Shown here one piece after another: positions 49,398 to 62,709 of a stretch of DNA of 64,000 nt (position 1 is the first letter of the stretch; each line of letters opens with the position of its first letter). The position numbers and the translations under genes were made by a program. The notes under the pieces were generated by a model. It was not told the origin of the DNA. It saw only the letters and a list, made by a program, of their open reading frames with translations, and made no database searches. This DNA comes from Mobula birostris (taxonomy: Eukaryota): contig NC_092400.1 of the NCBI RefSeq assembly GCF_030028105.1, forward strand, positions 13,702,001-13,766,000, in the 5' to 3' direction.

Positions 49398-50268
49398 GTC
49401 ATAGTCATACTTTATTGATCCTGAGGGAAATTGGGTTTTCTTACAGTTGCACCAACCAAGAATAGAGTATAGATGTAGCAATATAAAACCATAATAATTA
49501 AATAATAATATGTAAATTATGCCCGGAAATAAGTCCAGGACCAGCCTATTGTCTGACCCTCCAAGGGAGGAGTTGTAAAGTTTGATGGCCACAGGCAGGA
49601 ATGACATCCTATGATGCTCAGTATAGCATCTCGGTGGAATGAGTCTCTGGCTGAATGTACTCCTGTGCCCAACCAGTACATTATGTAGTGGATGGGAGAC
49701 ATTGTCCAAGATGGCATGCAACTTGGAGAGCATCCTCTTTTCAGACACCACCATGAGAGAGTCCAGTTCCATCCCCACAACATCACTGGCCTTACGAATG
49801 AGTTTGTTGATTCTGTTGGTGTCTGCTACCCTCAGCCTGCTGCCCCAGCACACAACAGCAAACATGATAGCACTGGCCACCACAGACTCGTAGAACATCC
49901 TCAGCATCATCCGGCAGATGTTGAAGGACCTCAGTCTCCTCAGGAAATAGAGACGGCTCTGACCCTTCCTGTTCTTTGACCAGTCCAGTTTATTGTCAAT
50001 TCGTATCCCCAGGTATTTGTAATCCTCCACCATGTCCACACTGACCCCCTGGATGGAAACAGGGGTCACCAGTGCCTTAGCCCTCCTCAAGTCCACCACC
50101 AGCTCCTTAGTCTTTTTCACATTAAGCTGCAGATAATTCTGCTCACACCATGTGACAAAGTTTCCTACCATAGCCCTGTACTCAGCCTCATCTCCCTTGC
50201 TGATGCATCCAACTATGGCAGAGTCATCAGAAAACTTCTGAAGATGACAAGACACTGTGCAGTAGTTC
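49398..50268 (-). mobile_element. Rex1/Babar-type LINE 3' part, well preserved
   Basis: ORF 49371-50255 HLQKFSDDSAIVG...LQLNVKKTKELVVD...YKYLG...QSRLYFLRRLRSF; 'gatcaataaagtatgactatgac' tail. Confidence 0.88.
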
Positions 50269-50874
50269 AGTTATTTCTATTAATAGATTTTTGAAACTTT
50301 TTAATGTGTACAGTTTTAATGTTTGTCATGTTTATATTCATCATCATGACTTCACCCTCTTAGTGTAAATTCATTTGCCAGTCAGGTTGACATAATATAA
50401 ATTGCTTTTTCCTCAATGTTATTTCCTCTCAGCACAGAGGACAGACAAGCAGACTGCTCCCTGATCTTTGACAGTGGCTGTCTTAAACCTGGTGTGCAAG
50501 AGAGCCCTGGCTAGCTCACCTGATAATTTTAATACGGAGCAACCCTGAGCAACAAATATGTTCGATATTTACTGATGTTCATAAGTTGATCTTGTGCATA
50601 AGTCAGAAAATACACAAAAGTCACTTGGTATGGTAACTATTTCTCCATGGTATTGTAATGAGTGGCATCAAAGAACACAAGTCTGATAGAAAGAGCAATT
50701 GCTAAGAGTGGAGAGAGACAGGAAACTAGTTTTGCTGATTGTAAGGATAAACATATATAAGTATATATGTCAGACTTTAGAAGATCTTAATATCGTAAGA
50801 GCTTATTTGTATGTATGAGCATTAATAATACAAGCACTTGTGATCTACGGATAGAGCCTCTTCGGGTAGTACTA

Positions 50875-52615
50875 ATGTCCTACAATGATAGCAAGGGATA
50901 AAACTGGTCCTCTTAAAGATCAGAGTGGTCATCTCTACATGGAGCCGAAAGAAATGGGGGAGATCTTAAATGGATTTTTTTTACATCTTTAGTTACTCGG
51001 GAGATGGACACAGAGTCCATAACCCCACTGCTCTGTAGAAGTGAGGCAAAATAGCAGTGGGGTTGTGAATTGTATACACATTACAGAGGCGGTGTTTGCT
51101 GTCTTGAGGCAAATTAAGGTGGATAAATCCCCAGGGCCTGATAATGTGTTCCCTCGGGCCTTGTGGGATCCTAGCATAGAAATTGCAGGGGCCCTGGCAG
51201 AGATATTTAAAATGTCCTTAACCACAGGTGAGGTGCCGGAGGATGAAAGGATAGCTAATGTCGTTCTGTTGTTTCTTGAAAGGATCTGTAACTAAGCTGG
51301 GAAATCATAGGGCTGTGAGCCTGGTGTCAGTGGTGGGTAAGTTATTGGAAGGTAGTCGAAGCGACTGGATATATAAGTACTGAGATAGACAGGGACTAAT
51401 TAGTGATGGTTAACATGGCTTTGTGTGTGGTAGGTCGTGCCTTTTTCGAGGAAATTACCAGGAAAGTTGATGAAGGCAACATCCACTGCTTTTTATCTAC
51501 ATAAACTTAAGAACGGCCTTTGACAAGGTCCCGCGTGGGAGGCTGGTTAACGAGGCTCATTCACTCGGCATTCAGGATGAGTTACTAAATAGGATTAGAC
51601 ATTGGCTTCGTGGGAAAAGCCAGAAAGTGGTAGTAGGTGGTTGCCTCTCTGACTGGAGACCTGTGTCAAGTGGTGTGCTCCAGGGATTGGTGCTGCATCT
51701 GTTGTATACCATCTGTATCAATGACTTGGATGCTGATGTAGTAAATTAGATCAGCAGCTTTTCAGTTGCCGCCAATGTGGGGCCTATTGAACAGTGAGGA
51801 AGGCTATCAAAGCTTGACACAGTATCTTGACCATTTTAATGCAAGCAGGTCTGAAATATTGAACTTCAGGAGGACAAGCGACTTGCACAGTGAGTGGTAG
51901 GACACCGAGGGGTGCAGTAGATCAGGGGGAATCTGGGAATGCAGGTCCATAATTCCTTGAAAATGGTGTCACGAGCAAATGGTATTGTAAAAAGAGCTTT
52001 TGGTATTTCGGCCTTCATAAATCAAAGCATTGAGTACGTACAGGAATTGGGGTGTTATATTGAAGTTGTATAAGACATTGGCGAGGTGTACTTTGGAACA
52101 TTGTGTGCATTTCTGGTCACCTACTTACATTAAAGCTATCATCAAGATTGAAAGAGTGCAGAAAAAATCTACAAGGATGTTGCCAGGGCTTGAGGACCTG
52201 AGTTATAAGGAAAGGTTGAATAGGTTAGGACCTTATTCCCTGCAGCGAGGTAGAATGAGGGAAGGTTTGATAGAGGTATGCAAATTATGAGGGGTATAGG
52301 TAGGGTAAATGCCGGCAGGTTTTTCCCACTGAGGTTGGGTGAGACCAGAGCTAGAGGTCGTGGGTGAAAGGTGAATTATTTTAAGGGAAACATGAGGGGG
52401 AACTTCGATCAGACTGTGGTGGGAGTATGGAATGCTAGTGGAAGTGGTGGATTCAGGTTCGATTTCAACATTTATGAGAAATTGGATAGGGACTTGGATA
52501 GTAAGAGTATGAAGGGCTATGGTCCGGATGCAGGTTGATGGGTCTGAACAGATTAATGGTATGGCACGGACTAGATTTACCGAAAGGCCTGTTTCTGTGC
52601 TGTATTGTTTATGAC
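50875..52615 (+). mobile_element. CR1 LINE remnant
   Basis: VDKSPGPDNVFPRALW; LYKTLARCTLEHCVHFWSP...ERVQKKSTRMLPGLE; multiple frameshifts. Confidence 0.85.
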
Positions 52616-53020
52616 TCGACTTCAGCTAGGACTTTATCACCTGATCATTTACGGTCGCTCAGCTAGATGGGAAGAACTGACAACTGGAAAGAAAATCAGT
52701 GGCCTTGTGGAGTTCACACATTTTCCCTATAACGGTGTGGTGTATTCATAGCATTCTCTGCTTTCTTCCCACATCTAAAAGACAAGCTGGTGGTTAATTG
52801 ATTACTATAGCTTACCCTTTAATAGGTAAGTGGCAATAAGAAGCAAAGGGGAATTGATAGCATGTGAGAGAAAATAAGGAGAGAGAGATTGAGACCAATG
52901 GAATTGATCTGCTGGAACTGCTATCGACTTAATGGGCTTAGTGGCCTGCTCTGTGATATAATACATATGAGAAGAATCACTTCAAGAGCTTCTGAGTTAA
53001 GATCCTGTTTTATGTTTTAG

Positions 53021-53209
53021 ACAATCCCGGTGATACTCAATGGAAAGGATGTTGTTGCCATGGCCAGGACTGGCAGCGGTAAGACTGCCGCATTTCTTAT
53101 TCCGCTGTTTGAGCTGCTGAAGGTACATTGTGCCCAGACAGGAGCAAGAGCTTTAATTCTCAGCCCAACCAGGGAACTTGCATTACAAACCATGAAGTTC
53201 ACAAAAGAG
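53021..53209 (+). CDS. DDX54: DDX54 exon 4 (Walker A and motif Ia)
   Basis: ttttag|[28 protein letters not shown]...[18 protein letters not shown]|gtaaga. Confidence 0.96.
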
Positions 53210-54494
53210 GTAAGATGTTTCCTTTCAGATTTTTTCAGGATATATAGATTTGAGTTAATTGTATAGTCTGTACTGCACTTAAACTTGTGATTATTATTGT
53301 AAAAGACAAATTTTTTGTTTTATTGTTAAAACAGCTTTCTAATAGCATTTTGAAATCCTTTCAGTTCTAGAGCATTTAAATTATGTATGTATAATAAGTT
53401 ATGTGTAAGTGAAGAGCAAAATGTGAGTATGTTGGCAATAGTTACGTACGTTTTAGTGTTGAGCAGCTTCCCTGGCTGCTTTATCATAGAAAGCTGCAGC
53501 ACAGAAACAGGCCCTTCGGCCCATCCAGTCCATGCTAAACTATTTAAACTACCTTGTTCTGTCATCCTGCACCCCGACCATAGCCATCCCTCTCTCCCAT
53601 CCATGTACCAACCAAACTCTTAAGCATTGAAGTCGAAATTGCATCCACCACTTGCCAGGCAGTTCGTTCTAGACTGTAGTTTTCAAGGTTATTCCTGTTT
53701 CCCGACATTTTCTCTGCATTTGAACTGAATGTTCAGTCAATTCTATATATTTATCTATTTGACAATCAAGCGTGGAGTAGGGGATTCCGACCCTTTCAGC
53801 CACATCACCCCAGTAACCCTCAACAACACCGATTAACCCAGTCCCAAACCTCATCATGGGGCAACTTACAATGACCAAGGAACCAACCCGGAACGTCTTT
53901 GGACAGTGGGAAGAAACCGGAGAACCCGGGGGAAACCTGTGTATTCCATAGGGAGAACAGACAGATGTTCCTTACAGATGATGCTGGAATTGAACTCTGA
54001 ACTCCGACGCCCCGAGCTGTAATAGCAACACGCTAACCCCTACATTACCATAGCGACCATTAATTTATCCCACTAATTGGTGAACGATGATGTCTGTAGA
54101 CTCCCCCAACTCCTTGGAGATTGTCCCACCACTGAAATGAGTCTGGGGTCGTTGAAACTCCTCCGGGTCATATCCAGAATGGGGTCAGTGCACAGATCAA
54201 TTCTGTAACCCAACTCCAGGAAGTTGGCACTCCTCCACTGGACTCCATGAGGATACAAGACCGTAGAGCAGTCTGAGCAACTGTGGGGAGACCTGTCAGC
54301 GAGCTGGGCTTTTTATATCAGCGCAAAACAAGTTTGAAACAAAATTATATTGTATACATCTCCAACTTGGGTGTCAAAGTTCATTGGAAAAGAAACCTAT
54401 TCATTTAGCATATTAGCACATGTCTCAAACAAAATTAAGTACTTTGATACAGAGTCAAAGTTCTGTAATACCAGATAATTAAATTGATCATTGA

Positions 54495-54925
54495 TACAGA
54501 ATCAGATATATTATTACTGACATATGACATGAAATTTGTTGCTTAGTGCCGGCAGTACAGTGCAAATACATAAAGGTCTATACATTACCAAAATAATGCA
54601 AAAATAAGGAATAATGAAGCAGTATTCATTGGTTCATGGACCATTTAGAAATCTAATATCGGGGGGGGGGGAGGGAGAGAAGCTGTTCATAAGTTATTGA
54701 GTGTGTGGCTCCTGTACCTCCTCCCTGATGGTTGTAATGAGAAGAGGGTGGGTGCAGTCTTCTTGAAGATGTTCTTGATGGCAGGAAGGGTCAGACCCAT
54801 GATGGAACTGGCTGAGTCTAGAACCTTTTGCAGTCTCTTACAATCTTGTGAATTGGAGGCTTTATACCAATCTGTATTGCAGCAGTCACAATACTCTCCA
54901 CCATAAATCTTTGGTGCCTTAAATA
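54495..54925 (-). mobile_element. Rex1-like LINE 3' fragment
   Basis: KRLQKVLDSASSIMG...LFSLQPSGRRYRS; a similar fragment lies at about 58045-58555 (minus). Confidence 0.65.
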
Positions 54926-56305
54926 ATCTCCTCTTACAGGAGATTTGCTGTGTCAACAAATACCAAATTTCCTGGTGTGGAGCTAGCTAACATCTAAATA
55001 ACTGTCTTTAATAGATAATAGCAATTGTACTTAATAAATCCAAAGAATGAGAATATTTCGTATATTAGTAAGGATCTTATCTTTTAATCTGCCGATTTTT
55101 TAAAGAATCATTGACGTAGATTTTGCCCTTATGGCAATGTGACAGATCTCTATTGTTTACCTTGAAGAAACTCACTCAGAAAGATATAGTATTCTTGGTG
55201 GTTTGAACTTCACCTTTCCTGATCCCAGATGCTGGCAGCCTTTGTTCTGAGGGATGTGTAATGCTCCCAATAGCAGCCTGAACATTGAGGAATTGTCTCA
55301 TTGCAAAACAACAATTTAAAAAGTTCAATGATTAAATGTGTTTTTTTTCTGCACTTGCTAAATACATAAGAAATTAAGGTAAAAGCCAAGCTCTGATGAA
55401 AATGGGAGCAGGTGGTGGATGGTTGTATGACCATCTGGTGCGTGTCAGAAGTTCTGGTTATGCAACCACTGATGCCAAGCAGACAAATTCTGAATAGTAT
55501 TGATAGTGGCTGGGGTCACCCTTCATGTAAAGACACTGCCCAGAAGAAGGCAATGGCAAACCACTTCTGTAGAAAAATTTGCCAAGAACAATCATGTTCA
55601 TGGAAAGACCGTGATCGCCCATGTCATACAATGCAGCATATAATGATGATGATTATTTTAAAAAATTTAAGGATTGACTATCTGCAGAATAAGTTAATTT
55701 TGAGTGGTTCATAAGCATTAATTATCTCCTGTGCAATTAAAAATTCAATTATACTTCATACAGTAAACAGTAATATTTTACAGCAATGACAATAGATAAT
55801 AGGTGCAGGAGTAGGCCATTCGGATAGTTCAATGATTCTGCTGAATAACCTTGTGGGAGTTAAAAAGCAATTCTTCTTAGGAAATCATCAATGGTAACTT
55901 GTAGGTTTCTGGGTTGTGTATGCGGGTACTTTAGAAGTGGTGTAAGTTTTGAGTGTTATGATGCATTAACAACGTCCAAGTTACTATCAGTACAAAGGCA
56001 AACATGGTTTGCTTTATTATTATTGTTGCATGTACCAAGGTACAGTGAAGAACCTTTGTTTATGTGCCTTCCAGGCAGGTCATGTCATATCCCATTAAAG
56101 TAGTAAAAAAGAACAAAATGTTCAAATGCCTTTGAGGTCTATGTGTTGTATGTTTAGGACTGATCATTTAAATGTTATTTTTCATCAGCGCCTCTTGTTA
56201 AATTAAGCTTTATTCCTAGAATGAATAAATATACCTTACAATTTCAAATGAAGTTAAGTAAAAACCTGTCCGGAACATAATTTTCTTCATGACTTGATTT
56301 TGTAG

Positions 56306-56355
56306 CTTGGGAAGTTTACTGGCTTCAAAACAGCATTAATCTTGGGTGGAGACAA
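56306..56355 (+). CDS. DDX54: DDX54 exon 5
   Basis: tgtag|LGKFTGFKTALILGGD(K)|gtgagt. Confidence 0.93.
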
Positions 56356-56462
56356 GTGAGTACGTTTTCAAGTGGTAATCTGTAGTCTTTAGTAGTGTAA
56401 TTTAATTGAATCAAGTAACACTAAATATTTAATGAAATGTGTGGTACTGTACTTATTTTTAG

Positions 56463-56504
56463 AATGGAAGATCAATTTGCAGCACTTCATGAAAATCCGG
56501 ATAT
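56463..56504 (+). CDS. DDX54: DDX54 exon 6
   Basis: ttttag|MEDQFAALHENPD(I)|gtgagt. Confidence 0.93.
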
Positions 56505-56759
56505 GTGAGTTAACATTTTCTTAATGTAGTCTGATTTATTATTAGTTTTGAAGATAATTTCTTCATGAAGTTTTTTTTTACCTCTTAAAAACATTCTGTG
56601 AAGTGTATCTCCTAAAACGTCTGGTGTTTCAGATTACTTTGTAGGATAATGTTCACATACTGAAATTCCTTTTGTAAAACAACCTATTTAATTTTGTTAT
56701 TCTTAGAATTATTCTTCAAAGAATTGGGTAGTTATATGGAGATATAAGAGTCTATAGAT

Positions 56760-56834
56760 CAGGCGTTCCCAACCTGGGGACTACGGACCCCTCGGTTAAT
56801 GATAGGGGTCATTAAAACAGTTTGGGAACCCCTG
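56760..56834. mobile_element. hAT/Charlie-like MITE
   Basis: CAGGCGTTCCCAAC ... TTTGGGAACCCCTG; 8-bp TSD ctatagat/ctgtagat. Confidence 0.75.
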
Positions 56835-57335
56835 CTGTAGATACTGTAATCTGAAACTTAAAAAGACAGCTGAAAGAACTCAGTGGGTAAGGCAGCATTT
56901 GTGGAGGTAAAGGGTTAAGAACCTGCATCAGGATTGACGCAGAGTTTCAACATGAAATATTGACCTCTGTTTTTACAGATGCTGTCTGATCCACTCAGTT
57001 CTTGTAACTTTTTTTTTTTAGCATTTATGTCAGTCTATTTTACATTTAAATATTTGTTTTCCCATTACTGTTGGAAGAGAATACAATTGGAAAGACAGAG
57101 TTAATTTTGCTGTCCGTGGTATCTTGGGGGGTGGTGGAAGGGAAACAGGGAAGTAGAAAAAGCTGTGAATAGTTTTGTGCAGTTGATAGTTTCACTTCTA
57201 TTGGATGTAGTTATTTATATTTAATCATTGTGTTCTGATTGTTGGAATATCATTGTTCAAAGGTATAGGCTAATATGAGGAATGATTTTATTGGGGCTGA
57301 ACAGAGTAAAATCTAAGGATATTTACAAACTTGAG

Positions 57336-57529
57336 CAAAACACACAAAATGCTGGAGGAACTCAGCAGGCCAGGCAGCATTATTGGGCCGACATTTCGGG
57401 CCAAGACCCTTCAGCAGGACTGTCAACTCTTTTCCATAGATGCTGCCTGGCCTGCTGAGTTCCTCCAGCATTTTGTGTGTGTTGCTTGGACTTCCAGCAT
57501 CTGCAGATTTTCTCTTGTTTGTGATTGGA
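57336..57529. mobile_element. Palindromic Penelope-derived insertion
   Basis: Inverted arms acacacaaaatgctggaggaactcagcaggccaggcagcat / atgctgcctggcctgctgagttcctccagcattttgtgtgt; 13-bp TSD ttacaaacttgag. Confidence 0.8.
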
Positions 57530-58646
57530 TTACAAACTTGAGGTAGTCTTTTTGTGTTCCACTAATGGGAGTTAGGGGGTTGCTTTGTGACAAGCCAACT
57601 CCTTTTGATTTAGCATCAGAAAGTACTTTGGGCAAAACAATTTGATCTTTAGGAATAATATGCAAATAAAATTATGGAAAATACATTAAGTTGTTTGAGT
57701 AGTATCTTTCCAGTCTCTGTGGATTTTTAGCTAACTTATTTTATGAATGTAAGTACAAGTTTAAACATCTAGTTAGTTGATGAAGTTTCTTAAATCTCCT
57801 AAATGTATTGTTTAGAAGTTAAGTACATCATGTTTTGATACGGACTTTGCATGTCATCTAAACTTCACCCCAGGCGTGGAACAGTGAAGTCTTTATTTTT
57901 AGTAATTGAATATAATGATCCTGAAGTGAAAACTGCACTGCAACGCTGCCTTGGATTTCATTTGACAAACTATTTAGCTTTGGGTCTCTGATGTCTAGAT
58001 AGTTAGATTATAAATTTTTCCAAGTAGTATATTAGTAAATGCAGAATCAGAATTGGATTTAATATCACTGGCATCTGTTGTGGAATTTAATGTTTTGCAA
58101 CAGCAGTACAGTGCAATACATAATTTTAAAAACACTACAAGTTACTATATATGTATATGTGTGTATGTATATATCTGCATGTGTGTGTATGTATGTGTAA
58201 TTTAAAATACATAATTAAATAAGTGGTGCAAAGGGGGGGGGAAGAAATGAGTAAGATGGTGTACTGGGGTTCATTGTCTATTCAGAAATCTGATGCGGAA
58301 GGAACAAGCTGTTCCTAAAACGTGTGTCTTCACGCTCCTGTGCCCCCATCTCCTTGATGGTAGCAATGAGAAGAAGTCATGTCCTGGGTGATGAGGGTCC
58401 TTACTGATGGATGTTGCCTTTTTGAGGCATGGACTTTTGAAGATATCCTTGCAATTAGGGAGGCTAGTGCCTGTGATGCAGCCTGCTGAGTTTGCAGTTT
58501 TCTGCGGCTTTTTCTGATCCTGTGCTGTAGCCCCTCCATACTAGATGGTGACAGCAAATGCCAATGTTGAAGGAATATTAATGATATACACTGTTCAGTA
58601 GAGTCATGGACTGAATTGACTTGTATTCTATATGTTTTCTTTACAG

Positions 58647-58742
58647 TATAATTGGCACACCAGGTCGATTAATGCATGTGATAGTGGAAATGAACCTCAA
58701 ACTACATAATGTTGAATATGTGGTTTTTGATGAAGCTGACAG
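58647..58742 (+). CDS. DDX54: DDX54 exon 7 (motif Ib and DEAD box)
   Basis: ttacag|[31 protein letters not shown](R)|gtaaac. Confidence 0.96.
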
Positions 58743-58950
58743 GTAAACTTCATAAAGATACACTTATTGTATTTGCTAACGTTTACTCCTGATTTTGGAC
58801 TATATAGTGAAAATGCAAGTTTTAAAGAAAAAATAAAGAACTAGAACTTAAGAAAAGCTTTTCAGGACATCCTAAAGCATATAAAGTGATTTTGAATTGT
58901 TATCACTCTTATAATTTGCATCCAAGTTCTTCATGAAAGTCAAAGAGATA

Positions 58951-60577
58951 CCGTAAATTCAGGTGTATAAGCCGACCTGGAGTGTAAGCCGACCCCTCAT
59001 TTTCAAGGTTAAAAAAAGTGACTTTTTCATGTTACTTTTGTATAAGCTGACCCCTTTTGTAGAGGTTTTTGATTTAACCAGAAAAGATCACAAGATCCCA
59101 CGTGCCGGTACTCAGCTTTGCCGGATCTGGAACCTGGAAATTTTGTGTGTGCTAAGAAAATAGGCCTACACATTATAGAGTGTTATAAGCGAATTCTTAA
59201 TAAATAAATCAGGGAGGGAAGTTTTGCATTAGGTTCCTAATGGTAAAAAATCCTCTGAAATGTAACCCCCATGAAATCATTTAGCACCCATCGTAATCTC
59301 GTTAAAACATAACACGGGGTGGTGGGATCAGTACGTGTACTCAGTATTGAGTTGGCGACCACCATGTACAAAAGATTAAAAGGAATGCGATATGATGCTG
59401 GCTTCAAGCTGAAGGTTGTTGATTTTGCTAAAGGAATGAATAATTCTGCAGCTGCTAAGAAGTTTGGTGTAAACGAGAAACGAGAGAGTGGAAAAAGGCA
59501 GAGGACACGCTGAGGGAAATGCCAAAGACGAAATGTGCAAACCGCGGGAAAACATGCCAGTGGCCAGAACTGGAAGAAAGAGTTTTGAGTGGGTGAATCA
59601 CCAGCGGTCGTCTGGATACATTGTTACCAGAGAAATGATTCGAGTTTAAGTGTTGAAATGGGCCGAAAAACACCGTGAGGCCAGCGAAAGTTTCAAAGCT
59701 ACGCGAAGTTGGTGCACCCGGTTTATGAATAGAGGTGATCCTATATTGAGACAAAAACAAAGATTGCTCAGAAGTTGCCGGGCGACTTTGAGAATAAGAT
59801 TACGGCCTTCCAATTGTTTATAATCAAGCATCGAAAGGCACATCCTTATCTGCTCTCAATCAGAAGGGGGAGAAAACAGTCCTTGTCAAAACAACTGGAC
59901 ACAAGAAGCAACATTTTACTGTCGTGTTAACTTGTATGGCTGATGGGACCAAACTACCACCGATGGTGATTTTTAAGAGGAAAACATTCCCAAAGAAAGA
60001 AAAATTCCCGCGGGGTGGTGTTGTTTACGTTCAAGTATGCGGCTGGATGGGCGAAGCGGGTTGTTTGAAGTGGGTTAAAGAGGTGTGGCGTCGACGTCCC
60101 GAAGATTTCAGGAAGGAAAAGTTGCTACTTGTCTGGGAAATGTTCAAAGCGCACTTGTCAGGTGAGACAAAAGCAGCACTGAAAGCTGAAAATACGGACA
60201 TTGCAGTAGTCCCTGGTGGTTTGACGTCCGTGCTCCAGCCAATAGATGTGAGTTTAAACAAACCATTCAAAGAATTCATGTGTCGCCAATGGAACAAATG
60301 GATGATGTCTGGAAATCAGTCATTCACTCCAGTGGGAAATATGAGGGTGAGAGTTTCAAGCTCTAAACGTTTGACGACAACACTGTGTACAAGTAAATTG
60401 AGAAACAGAATGTGTTTTGTAGATCTTTTGCGTAGATTTCATAAGCGTTTGTATTATCTTTTGTATCTGACTCAAAAACAGCCAGTAAATATGACCTGTC
60501 TTCCGTGTATTCGTTTTTCCAAAGCTGACCCCCAAAATTTAGGGCCAAATTCTCGGCTTATACACCAGAATTTACGG
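58951..60577 (+). mobile_element. pogo-superfamily (POGK-like) DNA transposon, both TIRs present, transposase frameshifted
   Basis: TA-CCGTAAATTCAGGTGTATAAGCCGA ... TCGGCTTATACACCAGAATTTACGG-TA. Brinker-like DBD YDAGFKLKVVDFAK; DDE_1 motifs ADGTKLPPMVIFK and VPGGLTSVLQPIDVSLNKPFK. Confidence 0.92.
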
Positions 60578-60770
60578 TATATGACCAGATTGCATTATAG
60601 ATATAAACTGAAGGATAATTACTGGCTTAGACGTTGGAAAAACTTCCTTTGAGTGCTGTCTTAAGAATTCCTATGCTAACCTGAGGGGGCAAAGTTGGCT
60701 TTGATTCACATCTGCAAACTTCCTCAGCTAGTACTGCAAAGATCTGGTAAATCAAAACATTAGTCTAGAT

Positions 60771-60849
60771 CAGGGGTTCTCAACCTTTTTAATGCCATGG
60801 ACCAATATCATTATGTGAGGGGTTCGAGGACCACAGGTTGGGAACCCTG
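60771..60849. mobile_element. hAT/Charlie-like MITE
   Basis: CAGGGGTTCTCAACCT ... AGGTTGGGAACCCTG with perfect 8-bp TSD gtctagat (Charlie-type TCTAGA target). Confidence 0.85.
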
Positions 60850-61982
60850 GTCTAGATTGTGGATTGAAATGGGACACTAAGCCATTATTTTGCTTGAAAT
60901 TACAACATTTTTATAAAACAGGGATTGTATTGTTCAATAGCTAAAATTGCGTCTGTTGTATTTGTGAGTCGTTCTCTAGGTTTTAAGTGCAACTGGAAAG
61001 CCAACTTTTATTGTCCATTTCTTGTTGTACTTGATAAGCTCATGATGGCATGCATCATGTGATGCAGCAGGTAGTCTCCCAGTACCGTTTAATTAGGGTG
61101 GTCTGAAGTGGGCTTGATGTTGTTCCCACTCATCTGCTCTATCCTCTAACATATTATTGATGAATGATATGCTGTGCAGAGATTACATCTCAGTTTTATC
61201 TTCGCAGTGGTGGTTCAAGTTAGCAAGTGGGATGTTCAAAAATTCACGTGTATACAGCTAAAAAAAACAGCATCCCTCCGAGGCCAAGGTGCGAAACACA
61301 GAGTGTATTGTCACACACAGCACATTGAGTCAGTTACAATCCAGCACTTACAGTCACAAAATAAGATTAACATAAGTCTCGTCAATGGCATGGCCTGAAG
61401 ATTGACAGGCTGACATAAAGTGTGAGGTGCAAGTTTATGTAGGACAGTATAATGCTACTGGCACTATTACGATAAAACAAACAGTGGTATAAATACGTGA
61501 AAGAGATGAAAAGGTGACCAGAGCAGGATGACAGCGTTTCTGTGAGTAGGGGGGTGGGCAGTAGGGCATTCAGACAGGGTGTACATATGTGCTGAGTGAT
61601 AGCAGGATGCTTTGTCCTGGATGCCAGCTTCCACTTTAGGACAAATGACTCTGTATTAGCACTCTGAAGCAGCAAATGGAGGAGAATACAAAGAACTGGG
61701 AATCTGCCCTAATGGTATACTGGTGAAAGTATTGCTGTGCATCGCAATTTACTATAAGTCAGGCATAATCAGGAATTGAGAAAGTGGAAGTTTTTATTAA
61801 CGCACCACAATTAGGTGATAACTGTCCTTTCAGTTGACTAACATGCAGATATCGATAAATGACCCTATGTGTAAATGTACCAAAGTCAAAATGATTTGTC
61901 CTTTCTGTAAACCAGAAGAGAATTAAACTACACTTTCAGCTGGTGACCAACTGAAGTTTTTGTATAAACATTTTTCTTCCAG

Positions 61983-62104
61983 ATTGTTTGAAATGGGATT
62001 TGCAGAGCAGTTACAAGAGATTATTCAGAGGTTGCCAGAATCCAGACAAACCCTACTATTCTCAGCCACACTGCCCAAGCAGTTAGTGGAATTTGCACGT
62101 GCTG
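61983..62104 (+). CDS. DDX54: DDX54 exon 8 (motif III SAT); gene continues beyond the window
   Basis: ttccag|[40 protein letters not shown](G)|gtatga. Confidence 0.96.
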
Positions 62105-62239
62105 GTATGACTTCTAACATAGTGTGTTATAAAACTATGGTAGTTTATAATGCCATTAATGTTGTCTGCATTGGTTTTACATTACTGACTGGAGACCACA
62201 GTCACTACAGATCGATGATAGTATCTCTTCCTTGCTGAC

Positions 62240-62705
62240 AATCAACACGGGTGTACCTCAAGGATGCATGCTTAGCCCACTGCTCTACTCTGTATATTCA
62301 CGACAGTGTGGCAAAGGACAGCTCAAGTACCATCTATAAATGCGCTGATGTTTGTAAAATCTCAGATGGTGATGAGGTGCACAGGAGTGAGACAGATTGG
62401 CTGGATGACTGGTTTTGCAACAATAACCTTGCACTCAATGACAGCAATACCAAAGAATTGATTGTGAACTTCAGGAAGGGGAAGTCAGGAGAACGCACCC
62501 CAATCCTCATTGAGGGGGCAGTAGTGAAAAGAGGAAGTTCCTGTCGGAGAATCTATCCTGGTCTCAACACATTCATGCAGTCCACAAGCAGGCATCTTGT
62601 TCAGCCAGCAGATCTACATCATGAGGAGTTTGAGAAGATTCGATTTATCACTAAAAACTCTTGCAAATTCCTGAAGATATATGCTAGAGAGCATTCTGAC
62701 TGGTT
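62240..62705 (+). mobile_element. Rex1-like RT fragment
   Basis: DWFCNNNLALNDSNTKELIVNFRK; ESILTG. Confidence 0.7.
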
Positions 62706-62709
62706 ACAA

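Noticed and set aside
49371-50255. 294-aa ORF as a nested antisense host gene
   Set aside because: It is the C-terminal part of a Rex1-type retrotransposon ORF running into its 3' tail.
59924-60652. 242-aa ORF as a domesticated POGK/TIGD gene
   Set aside because: It is bounded by TIRs and TA TSDs, frameshifted upstream, and a catalytic-region Asp appears substituted (LLVWEMF), consistent with a dead transposon.
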